Virus record (IMG/VR): IMGVR_UViG_3300036766_000988
Location: 188,184 to 252,183 of that record
Direction: 5' to 3' (one strand)
Length of the DNA: 64,000 nt
Part shown: positions 8,377-16,841 of the stretch, piece by piece
How the letters are laid out: each line of letters begins with the position of its first letter
How positions within the stretch are numbered: the first letter of the stretch is position 1
Program-made: the position numbers and the translations under genes
The notes under the pieces: model-generated
Seen by the model: only the letters and a program-made list of their open reading frames with translations
Database searches by the model: none
Told to the model about the DNA's origin: nothing

Positions 8377-9735
8377 CTACACCCGCTGCTCGTGTCCCCC
8401 GGCATGAAAAGGCTGGGTACACGTTGGGCAAACTCCGAGGGCATCCCACTCGGCCTGGATGGCAACTCCATCGGTCTCGATCCCACGGTATTGATCCGTG
8501 AGAGTCGCCACTAGGGTGGTGAGTGCTTGATATCTTCTAGCAAGCCCCTCCAGACCTTCGAATGTTCTCGATGTCTCCGAGAGCTTCTCTGGCAACAGGG
8601 CGGACCCATTTGCTTCGATCACCTCGTACAACTCGGTAAGAGCTGTCATCAAGCGTGTCACAGCTTGGTACCGCACTGCTAGTCGTTCGAGGCTTTCGTA
8701 GGACTCCAAGGATTCGGAGAGCTTTCCCGGTGCCAGCTCGGGGGAGGCATCGAGGGCCTTCGTACGCTCCAACCACGCCTTGAAGATACGAAGCTTGGCG
8801 ATCCACCCCTCCAATGCCTCGAAGGTGGCTGCATGCGAACGCAGGGAATCTGGTTCGGGGGCAGAAACCGTCTCGATGGCTTGCAAAGCTTGAACGGCGG
8901 TCACGCGCTCGGTCCACTGGGTGAGAAACCGAATCATCTGCGCGTGATTCTTCGACACGTCCGCAAGGGGGTTTGAATCAGGAGCTTGAAGGGCCATCAC
9001 CGCTTCGAGGGCTGCCACATGCTGCCCAAGAGCCGCCGCCCGTTCTAGGAACTTCTCGATGTTGAGGAGCTTCGTTTCTGCTGCCTCAACACTATCGAGC
9101 TGATCCTCAATATCCCGTACATTGGCTAGCGCCGTGTCCAGCCCATCGAAAAGGACAACCCTCCTGGTGAGGTCTGCGATGTCTTGTTCCCGCACTTTAC
9201 GGGTCGAGGAGGCCTCTTTACGATCCTTCTCGGAGAGCCGGGTCGCGATGTTCACCCGATCCAGGTGGGCCACATCCGAGAGTACGTCAGCGACAACCCC
9301 GCCCGTCTGGTTCAAGAGGAAGATGGGATCGAACTGGTCCGCTACCTGTAGTAGTTCCTTGTCTTCGCCGATCTTCACCAAGGAGTAGATCGGCTGCAAG
9401 AAATCTGGGGTTCCACGTTCGGCCTTATCGTAGACCTTGCCATTGAACGTGTAACGGTTGATGGCGTCGCCCTTCTCCCAGAGGAGATCGAACGTCTCCG
9501 ATCGGAGATGCACGGAGCAAAAGCACTTGCAGGTCTTGGCGCTCTTGACCTTCCTCGGACAGTCGGGAGAGTGGCGAACAAAAGAGGTCGAAGGCGCTCC
9601 CGTGAGGGCAGCTTTCACTGCCCTCACGACCGCCGACTTACCGATGTTGCTACGCCCCACCAGGGCGGTGAAGCCCTGGATTTGAATTGCAGCGTGCTCA
9701 ATCGACTGGAAGTTTCGAACCTCTACGTCGATCAC
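8377..9735 (-). CDS. SbcC/Rad50-like ABC ATPase, N-terminal half ending at the Zn hook
   Basis: RNFQS, Walker A GRSNIGKS, Q-loop DQ, long coiled coil, terminal CPTC. Confidence 0.88.
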   Translation of the reverse strand: MIDVEVRNFQSIEHAAIQIQGFTALVGRSNIGKSAVVRAVKAALTGAPSTSFVRHSPDCPRKVKSAKTCKCFCSVHLRSETFDLLWEKGDAINRYTFNGKVYDKAERGTPDFLQPIYSLVKIGEDKELLQVADQFDPIFLLNQTGGVVADVLSDVAHLDRVNIATRLSEKDRKEASSTRKVREQDIADLTRRVVLFDGLDTALANVRDIEDQLDSVEAAETKLLNIEKFLERAAALGQHVAALEAVMALQAPDSNPLADVSKNHAQMIRFLTQWTERVTAVQALQAIETVSAPEPDSLRSHAATFEALEGWIAKLRIFKAWLERTKALDASPELAPGKLSESLESYESLERLAVRYQAVTRLMTALTELYEVIEANGSALLPEKLSETSRTFEGLEGLARRYQALTTLVATLTDQYRGIETDGVAIQAEWDALGVCPTCTQPFHAGGHEQRV

Positions 9736-11303
9736 CCCGCATCCCCGTCCCCATCTCCATCGAGAGCGCTGAGATCGGCCGCATCTTCCGCGTCGATCAC
9801 CGTCTCGGAGGGCTTGGCCTCTGTCCCTTCCTCGTCGTCACCGAAGGCATCAGACAGATCTTCGAGGATCGCGTCCTCTGCGGACAGCTCCTCATCCGAG
9901 ATGGCAGTCGGAGCTTGCGCGATGAGGGCTTCGGAAACCTGGGCCTTCACCTCTTCGAAGACTGCGGTATTGGAGAGCAGGTACGCGCGGAACTTGTCTC
10001 GGCTCTGGATGCGTTCGTTGCCGTACGAGTAGTACGCCCCATCCCGCTTGACGACTCCCGTGGCGACCCCCGACTCGATGACCGAATAGATGTCGTCCAC
10101 ACCGTAGCCATAGCGAATGAAGATGTTCGCCGAGTGCCCTTGCTTTGCGTCGGCCTTCGACTTCACCATCTTGATCGCAGTGACGTTGCCATAGGGGAAC
10201 TTCTTCTTCTTGCCTGTGGCCATGTCCTTGCGCTCGATCATCTCCGACGAGATACGAGCGAGCCGCAGACGAACGTAGGCGAAGTACTTGAGAGCCTTGC
10301 CGCCCGCCGTGTTGGGCTCGGGGGCACCGTGACCACCGCCCGTCGAAATCGTAGCGCGTTCCTGATTGAGGAAGATGAGGGCCGTGCCCTTGGCGTCCTT
10401 GCGGGGCTTCTTGTTCTCGCCCGTCCCTTCCATCGGGTGCTTCATGAGCCAGAGAGCGAACTTGGGTAGGGTCTCGCTCATCTTCTTTGCGACGGCGCCG
10501 ATCTTGGCCACATCGTCGATCTTCTTCTCCAGCTCGTCCTTCGGGACCATGGCGGCGATGGAGTCGACGATGATGAGATCGACTCCAGATGCGATGCCGA
10601 CGAACATCGCCTTGAAGCCCTCTTCCATCGTATCGGGAGCAGCGAGCGTCCACGTGTCGTCGAATTTGACCCCGATCTGCTTTGCGTACCCGTGGTGGAT
10701 GGCGTGCTCGAAGTCGAGGTACAGAACGGAACCTCCACGGCGCTGCACATCGGCCGCAGCCGCAAGAGCCACCGTGGTCTTACCGCTCGACTCAGGTCCG
10801 TAGATCTCGGTGATCTTCCGACGCGGGTAACCCGGGCATACAGAGCCCTTGCCGTCTTGGGTCTTCGATCCTCCGATGAGGTTGTTGATGATGATCGACC
10901 CCGACGGTACGTGGGCCATCGTGCTCATTGCCGTCTCGACCGGCTTGATACCGATCTTGTTGAGCATCGAACGCATGAGCGAAGCGGTCTGAGAACCCTG
11001 CGATGCAGAAGTCTTGACGGTCTTCGCTGCGGGTTTGGCTGCGGGCTTGGCAACCGCAGGAGGCGCCGCCACAGGTTTGGCTGCCACAGGCGTGGCAACA
11101 GCGGTCTTGGCCGCCACGGGCTTGGGAGGAAGCTCCTTCAGAGCTTCGGGCTTTGCCGCACTGGTCTTCTTCGCGTAGCAGGCTTCACACTCAAGCCGTA
11201 GCCCATCTTTGGCTCTCTTGTCTGGGCCGAACGGCCCAGAGCCCCCACATGCTGTGCAGGTCTTCGTTGCAGTGCTGTCCGTGTTCTTGGGATCGATAGT
11301 CAT
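9732..11303 (-). CDS. recA: RecA recombinase with N-terminal Zn finger and Pro/Ala/Lys linker
   Basis: EIYGPESSGKTT, DFEHA, IVDSIAAMVPKDE, FLNQ, AGGKALKYFA; ATGA overlap at 11303. Confidence 0.95.
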   Translation of the reverse strand: MTIDPKNTDSTATKTCTACGGSGPFGPDKRAKDGLRLECEACYAKKTSAAKPEALKELPPKPVAAKTAVATPVAAKPVAAPPAVAKPAAKPAAKTVKTSASQGSQTASLMRSMLNKIGIKPVETAMSTMAHVPSGSIIINNLIGGSKTQDGKGSVCPGYPRRKITEIYGPESSGKTTVALAAAADVQRRGGSVLYLDFEHAIHHGYAKQIGVKFDDTWTLAAPDTMEEGFKAMFVGIASGVDLIIVDSIAAMVPKDELEKKIDDVAKIGAVAKKMSETLPKFALWLMKHPMEGTGENKKPRKDAKGTALIFLNQERATISTGGGHGAPEPNTAGGKALKYFAYVRLRLARISSEMIERKDMATGKKKKFPYGNVTAIKMVKSKADAKQGHSANIFIRYGYGVDDIYSVIESGVATGVVKRDGAYYSYGNERIQSRDKFRAYLLSNTAVFEEVKAQVSEALIAQAPTAISDEELSAEDAILEDLSDAFGDDEEGTEAKPSETVIDAEDAADLSALDGDGDGDAG

Positions 11304-11956
11304 GAGGTACCATCCATCAATTTGGAAAACCGATAGAATCGAGAGTTCTCTTTGAAGATCGCCCCACAATACACCGTCTCGCCTGCCCGTTCCCCTCTCT
11401 TGAGAGTGCGTACCTTCGCGAATGCTCGATACTCGGACGGTGTGAGGTCGTCGTTGGTGATCTTCTCGTCGAGGCGTAGGAAGAACCGCGCAGCAAACCT
11501 CGCCACGTGGTAAGCGTCCGCCTCATTGTGGTTGAACCGGCCCGTGATACCCGTATCGACTTTCGCTGCCGCTACCATGTCGGCTTTGAACATCTTGCCT
11601 TTACGGGCCTTCGGATCGAGCTTCGCTAGCATCTTCACAGTGCCGGGGTCGAAGTACACGACATCCTTGCGGTGCGTGTAGACCACCTCGTTTGTGTAGA
11701 CGAAAAGCGCGTAGGCACCGGGCGACCATTGCTCGCCGTAAACCGGGGATTCGATGCCTATACACTCGACTTCAGGATGATCCGCGAGGAGCTTCGTCAG
11801 CATGTCGCGAAAGTCCATGTACCGTTTGACGAAGACCGTTTTGGCCGACGTCGAGAACAGGCCTTTCGCTAGAATGCGTGCGGGTCCCTCGGCCTCCGAA
11901 TCATGAATGCACCAGCCGTAGCCAGTGATCGATGGGTCGAATCCAAGTGAGATCAT
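11300..11956 (-). CDS. ruvC: RuvC-like Holliday junction resolvase
   Basis: LGFDPSITGYG, IGIES, KADM, NEADAY. Confidence 0.82.
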   Translation of the reverse strand: MISLGFDPSITGYGWCIHDSEAEGPARILAKGLFSTSAKTVFVKRYMDFRDMLTKLLADHPEVECIGIESPVYGEQWSPGAYALFVYTNEVVYTHRKDVVYFDPGTVKMLAKLDPKARKGKMFKADMVAAAKVDTGITGRFNHNEADAYHVARFAARFFLRLDEKITNDDLTPSEYRAFAKVRTLKRGERAGETVYCGAIFKENSRFYRFSKLMDGTS

Positions 11957-11962
11957 GGCGTG

Positions 11963-11998
11963 AGAAAGGCGGGCCCAGCTACCCGAGCCCGCCTTTCT
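11963..11998 (-). terminator. intrinsic terminator-like hairpin after ssb
   Basis: AGAAAGGCGGGC...GCCCGCCTTTCT perfect 12-bp inverted repeat. Confidence 0.7.
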
Positions 11999-12011
11999 TG
12001 GCCTCTACGGC

Positions 12012-12905
12012 TCAGACCTGATCGAGGAGGTCGGTGAAGTCCCCGCCCGACGCTGCATCAGCGCCGACCGACGAGACAGCCGAACCACCCATGCCGAGCT
12101 TCGCTCGAAGCTGATCGGTCGTCATCTCGCGGAACGGGATGAGCTTGTCGTAGAAGGGCATCGCCTTCGCGAGCACCATGTTGCGGAACTTCTCGTGCTT
12201 CTGCCAGATGGCCGCGCCGACGAACGACACGTCGATGTTCTGGTACTGGGCATCCTTGCATTCGAGCTTGATGTCCTGCGAGTGGATCCCCATGCCGTTG
12301 CTCTTGAGCCCGGCATTGAGCTTCCAGATGTTCTCGTAGGTCTTCTTGCCGAAGCGCCACGGCATGATCCGCCAGTCGGTCGTGAGACGCGGCTTCTCGT
12401 TCTCCGTGATGTCCCCACGAGCATCCGTCGGGTAGAGGATGAGGAGCGTCGTGAAGTAGAGCTTCGGCTCCGCGATCTTCTTCCAGACCGCATCGGCCTC
12501 GGGCCCATCTTTGCCGAGCCGGTTGACGACGAAGCCCAGGCCTGCCTGGTACGAACCCCAGAGCTTCTTCATCTTGACCTCACTGAGGTCGAGACGATCC
12601 ATCTCCGTGAGCTGATCGACGGCCTTGACCGGCGTGAGCTGCGCTGCCCGCTCTTCGAGCACCTTGCGAGCGATGCCCCGGATGACCTCCGGCGTGAGCT
12701 TCTCGCTCTTCTTCGCAGCCTCGGCCATCACCTTCGTGACGGCGTTCTTGTCGATCGTGTGGAAGTACACGAAGGCGCCCCGTAGGCACTGGCCCTTCGT
12801 CATCTTCAGCCACTCCTGACGCGGCTGTAGGAACTGCTTCCCGTCCTCGTCGAGCCCCACATCGGACTCGTCCATCGTGTATTCGGTGCTGAAAGGATCA
12901 CTCAT
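12012..12905 (-). CDS. probable single-stranded DNA-binding protein (gp32-like)
   Basis: Aromatic/basic core, Gly/Ser linker, acidic tail DFTDLLDQV, AGGAG RBS, recombination-cluster context. Confidence 0.6.
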   Translation of the reverse strand: MSDPFSTEYTMDESDVGLDEDGKQFLQPRQEWLKMTKGQCLRGAFVYFHTIDKNAVTKVMAEAAKKSEKLTPEVIRGIARKVLEERAAQLTPVKAVDQLTEMDRLDLSEVKMKKLWGSYQAGLGFVVNRLGKDGPEADAVWKKIAEPKLYFTTLLILYPTDARGDITENEKPRLTTDWRIMPWRFGKKTYENIWKLNAGLKSNGMGIHSQDIKLECKDAQYQNIDVSFVGAAIWQKHEKFRNMVLAKAMPFYDKLIPFREMTTDQLRAKLGMGGSAVSSVGADAASGGDFTDLLDQV

Positions 12906-12967
12906 GACTTCTTCTCCTGGGGCTTCCCGAGACACACAGTTCCATTTATGGGGGTGGCCGGGTTTAG

Positions 12968-13056
12968 CCGTTGATGCGTACAACGGCAGGCCCACCTTTG
13001 CGTAGTCTACGGACTGGGGGGGCCAAGTCCTTCGACGAATGCTGGTGGGCCTGCCG
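12968..13056 (-). promoter_or_regulatory. structured 5' leader of the ssb-like gene
   Basis: Perfect 13-bp IR CGGCAGGCCCACC (12984-12996 / 13044-13056) plus a competing 7-bp hairpin; GGTGTAG just upstream at ~13065-13071. Confidence 0.55.
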
Positions 13057-13087
13057 AGCGCGCACTACACCGAGGTATCGAAAGAAA

Positions 13088-13915
13088 TCAGAGATTGTCG
13101 AAGACGTCGTTGAAATCTTCCGTCGAGGGGTGTCCGGAGGGCGTATCAAGGAAATCGCGCACTTTAGCGTCGTCGTCGGCCTCTTGGGTCGCTTCCGCTT
13201 CAGGCTGCGAGGGGATTTCTTGAACGGGCTCGGGAGTAGGCTCTGGGGTGGATTCTGGGGAGGCTTCCTGGATGGCCTCAGAAGGAAGCTCTGGCGGGTC
13301 TTGGGCCTGTAGCTCTTGTGCCGTTTGCTCAGTTTCGAGCATGGCTGCGATCTCGTCTTCATTGACGTCATCGCCATCGAGCCCGAGAGGCCCCTTACCA
13401 CTGCCGTTCGACTGCCTTTCGTGCCCAAACTGCCGCTCGTCGCCGTACATGGCACCGGAATCGATCTCGTCCCGGATAAGGGACCGTTGGAGCTTGATCT
13501 CGCTCATGGTCGAGGTCAGTTCCTTGTGCCGGTGCCGGACTGCCTTCTCGACGTACTCCAGGTCTTGTAGCTCGGCCTTGAGAGCAGTGATGGCGTTCAG
13601 GCTATCGCGTAGGATGACGTTTGCCGTCGCCTTACGGTCCTCGATAGAGGGTAGGCGCCGGACCCGTTCGTCGTTGGCTAGAATCTCGACGAACGAGACT
13701 TCATGAGACGCTTCCTGGGCTCGCAACGCCCTCGATACGTCTTGCTTCTCTCGGTGGACTTCGATCTGAATGCGGCTCACCGCATTCAGAAAATTGCGGC
13801 ATTCCGCGATGGTGTTCTGTAGGTACAGCGGCCCTAGTGAACGAGGGTCGGCTGCTAACCGGATCTCGTACTGCGTGATCTCGGTATAGATCTCTTTGAC
13901 CCTCTCGATTTTCAC
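13088..13915 (-). CDS. coiled-coil protein with acidic tail (possible recombination mediator)
   Basis: Helical N-terminus, Pro/Glu linker, tail DFNDVFDNL similar to the SSB tail. Confidence 0.6.
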   Translation of the reverse strand: MKIERVKEIYTEITQYEIRLAADPRSLGPLYLQNTIAECRNFLNAVSRIQIEVHREKQDVSRALRAQEASHEVSFVEILANDERVRRLPSIEDRKATANVILRDSLNAITALKAELQDLEYVEKAVRHRHKELTSTMSEIKLQRSLIRDEIDSGAMYGDERQFGHERQSNGSGKGPLGLDGDDVNEDEIAAMLETEQTAQELQAQDPPELPSEAIQEASPESTPEPTPEPVQEIPSQPEAEATQEADDDAKVRDFLDTPSGHPSTEDFNDVFDNL

Positions 13916-14352
13916 TTGGCCTCACCCTCGCCGTTGCCGTTCCCATTGGAGCCGTTGTCCTGAAGCATCCGTGCGATGCCGTCGTCGTACGAGCCAAGGA
14001 TCGCCCGCATCTCCTCAAGGGCCACCGCCTTCGGGGTGATTCCTCGCCGCATGACGTCTTCGTAGGTCGCCGCAACGACGTGCTTCGCGAGCAGGCTACG
14101 GATGAGCTTTACGTCTCTGGGAGCGAACCCGAGCGACTGCTTTTCCTCACCCATCGTCGGGATCTCAGCTCCCGTTCCACGGGACGCCGTGACCGAGTAG
14201 AACGCCGACTTCTTCCGACCCGCAGGGTCACGATCCTCTATCGAGAAGGACACCGTGAGCTTGTCGAATTGGATGCTATCTTGGAGCTTCTTCAACCGCT
14301 CCGACTGTTCCGGCGTGAGGTTGCTCAGGGGGCTCTTTTTCTGCTCGTTCAT
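13912..14352 (-). CDS. hypothetical protein
   Basis: ATG preceded by GGTGTA motif. Confidence 0.65.
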   Translation of the reverse strand: MNEQKKSPLSNLTPEQSERLKKLQDSIQFDKLTVSFSIEDRDPAGRKKSAFYSVTASRGTGAEIPTMGEEKQSLGFAPRDVKLIRSLLAKHVVAATYEDVMRRGITPKAVALEEMRAILGSYDDGIARMLQDNGSNGNGNGEGEAK

Positions 14353-16561
14353 GGCTCTTCAATACACCGGAAGTTGCTTGAATTGCTTCTGAAACGGCAC
14401 GTCCGAAGGCCGTGTTTCGCTGCACTACCTTGTCGTTTGCAATAGCGGCTTGAACCGATGCGGGGTCGCCTAAAAGCCAGCACTTCTTCTTCGCACGGGT
14501 GACGGCAGTGTAGAAGAGGTTACGCTGCCGCATCCTTCCGTACGCCCTAACGAGTGGAAAGATGATCGTGTCGAACTCGGACCCTTGGCTCTTGTGTACG
14601 GTGATCGCATACGCAAGCCGGACCGTCTCGATGGCTTTGCTTTTGGGGATTCGGACGGGCATGTCCACCCCATCGAAACCGTGGATGCCGATCACGAGAT
14701 CTTCACGGCCAATCGCTCGTATTTTCCCCATGTCGCCGTTGTAGACGTTCAGCTCGTAATCGTTCTTGGTGATCATCACTCGATCCCCAAGTCGGAAGTG
14801 GATCTTTCCGGCCTTCCATTCGGCACTCCCTACATCGGGGTTGAGAGCCTCCCGCAACCGGTTGTTGAGGTTCGTGACCCCCACCACCCCATCGTACTTC
14901 GGGGAGAGCACTTGGAAGTTGGCGTCTCGGCTCTTGAGCTTTTCGGCCATCTTCACGATGAGGTCGCAAAGCATGCTTTCATCGGGGCAGTTGATGAACT
15001 GGAAATCCGATGTAGAGGGGCGAGCCTCAAGCGAGAGAGCTTCACCTCGGTTGATCCGGTGGCTCACCTGGACGATTTCGCTCTGCAACGCTTGCCGGAA
15101 GATCTGCGTGAGTCGAACATGGGGAACCGTGTCACACGCGATGAGTTCCCGAAGTACGTTACCAGGGCCCACGGAGGGGAGCTGCGCATCGTCTCCGACG
15201 AGCACCAACATGGTGCTTGGATGTAGAGCATCGAGGAGCCGGTAGAACAGCTCCTGATCGACCATTGACATCTCGTCTACGATGACGGCCCCAACGGGGA
15301 ACTTGTTGTAGCTGTTGAAGCCCCACCGGTCGCCCGTGTACCCCAGGGTTCGGTGGATGGTGGCCGCGTCCGAGCCCGTGACGGCCGCTAGACGCTTGGC
15401 AGCGATGCCTGTGGGGGCCATGAGGAGGTGGGTGACCCCTGTGGCCTTGAAGAGGCGTACGAACGTCTTCACGAGGGTGGTTTTGCCGGTCCCAGGAAGG
15501 CCGGTGAGAACCAGGACCCGGTTGTCCACCAACAGCCGAACGCCGTCCCGTTGGGCATCCGATAGCTCGATGGCATGACCCTTCTCGTACTCCGCTAGAA
15601 ATACAGCGAGATCGATGTCGAGCTTTGAAGGCTTCACGAAGCTGGCCAGCTTGGTCGCCCCATCACGCTCGAAACGGTAGAACTCGGGGAGGTAGACCCC
15701 TGCCTCCATGTCGAGCACAAGAGCCTTGCTTGCGACGAGCCTATCGACAGCGTCCATGAGCGCCTTGAACATGTCATCTTGTTCGAAGGGCTCGATGTCT
15801 TCTTGCTGCATCATCTCGTCGAGTAGGGTCGGTAGATCCCCACGCCGGATGTAGAGGTGCCCTTGTTGGGCCTCTTGGCGAAGGATCCAGAGCACCGCTC
15901 CCTCGATGCGTCGAACGTCATTGGGAAGAATGCCGATCCGATGGGCTACTCTGTCTGCCCTGGCGAACGTGAATCCCTCGACCGCGATGAGGCGGTACGG
16001 GTTCTGTCCGATGATGTTGGTAGCTTCGAGCCCGAACGCCGCGAAGATCACTTTCACGATGTTCGAGTTGATGTCGTAATCCTGGAGGAAGACCGAGAGC
16101 GCGGAGAGGGAACACGCCGACTGCCATCCCATGATCGCTCGGTCCAACGTCATCCGCTTCGGATCTTCATCCGTGAAAAGACGCCGCAACTCGTCGGGGG
16201 CGTTCGATAGCTTGTCGTAGGCATCGAGCCCATAGAGGGTCACGAGGAGCTTCACCATCTCGGGATCCTCGAATCCCGATAGACAGTACGAGAGGAACCG
16301 CTCGACATCCGGCACTGTTTTCGCGTAGGGCTTCCATCCGAACGGCCGTACCTGTTTGCCGTACTTCGGATGCTCAACCCATTCCCCCACGATCCCTAGC
16401 GGGACACCCGACTTCACTTGCACGAGTCCACTCAGGGAACCAGAGACCATGACTGTCTTCGAACGTGTCGCGGGCTCCGCTGCTTCGACACTCATTTCGA
16501 AGACTGCGAACCCTTCGTTCTGATGACGAATGTTCAGAACACGTCCGAAGAAGGTAGCCAC
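14276..16561 (-). CDS. recD2: RecD2-like SF1B helicase
   Basis: HPKYGKQ, NPYRL, TGLPGTGKTT, APTGIAA, VDEMSM, GDDAQLPSVG, AYAITVHKSQGSEF, YTAVTRAK. Confidence 0.95.
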   Translation of the reverse strand: MATFFGRVLNIRHQNEGFAVFEMSVEAAEPATRSKTVMVSGSLSGLVQVKSGVPLGIVGEWVEHPKYGKQVRPFGWKPYAKTVPDVERFLSYCLSGFEDPEMVKLLVTLYGLDAYDKLSNAPDELRRLFTDEDPKRMTLDRAIMGWQSACSLSALSVFLQDYDINSNIVKVIFAAFGLEATNIIGQNPYRLIAVEGFTFARADRVAHRIGILPNDVRRIEGAVLWILRQEAQQGHLYIRRGDLPTLLDEMMQQEDIEPFEQDDMFKALMDAVDRLVASKALVLDMEAGVYLPEFYRFERDGATKLASFVKPSKLDIDLAVFLAEYEKGHAIELSDAQRDGVRLLVDNRVLVLTGLPGTGKTTLVKTFVRLFKATGVTHLLMAPTGIAAKRLAAVTGSDAATIHRTLGYTGDRWGFNSYNKFPVGAVIVDEMSMVDQELFYRLLDALHPSTMLVLVGDDAQLPSVGPGNVLRELIACDTVPHVRLTQIFRQALQSEIVQVSHRINRGEALSLEARPSTSDFQFINCPDESMLCDLIVKMAEKLKSRDANFQVLSPKYDGVVGVTNLNNRLREALNPDVGSAEWKAGKIHFRLGDRVMITKNDYELNVYNGDMGKIRAIGREDLVIGIHGFDGVDMPVRIPKSKAIETVRLAYAITVHKSQGSEFDTIIFPLVRAYGRMRQRNLFYTAVTRAKKKCWLLGDPASVQAAIANDKVVQRNTAFGRAVSEAIQATSGVLKSHERAEKEPPEQPHAGTVGAVEEAPR

Positions 16562-16562
16562 G

Positions 16563-16841
16563 TCAGACCTCGCTCAAGTTGTCGGCACGGAACTCATCGA
16601 TCGAGTGTCCGCCCATCTGCCAGAGAGCACCCTGGATAAAGCAGAGCCAGCGCACCGCCTTGTCGGGGTTCGCCACTGCGTTGTTCTTCGCTTCGATGAC
16701 CATCCAGTAGAGATGCCCTAGGCTTTCGGCCTGAGAGGGATTGCGGCCATCGACCGGGAATCGAAACGGTCGGACCCCAGGCCTGAGTTCGAAGATAGCC
16801 GCGTAGCGATTGAGTGCTTTGATGATTTGGTCTGCGGTCAT
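16563..16841 (-). CDS. small phage hypothetical protein
   Basis: ATGA overlap with ligase stop; DKAVRWLCFIQG motif. Confidence 0.65.
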   Translation of the reverse strand: MTADQIIKALNRYAAIFELRPGVRPFRFPVDGRNPSQAESLGHLYWMVIEAKNNAVANPDKAVRWLCFIQGALWQMGGHSIDEFRADNLSEV

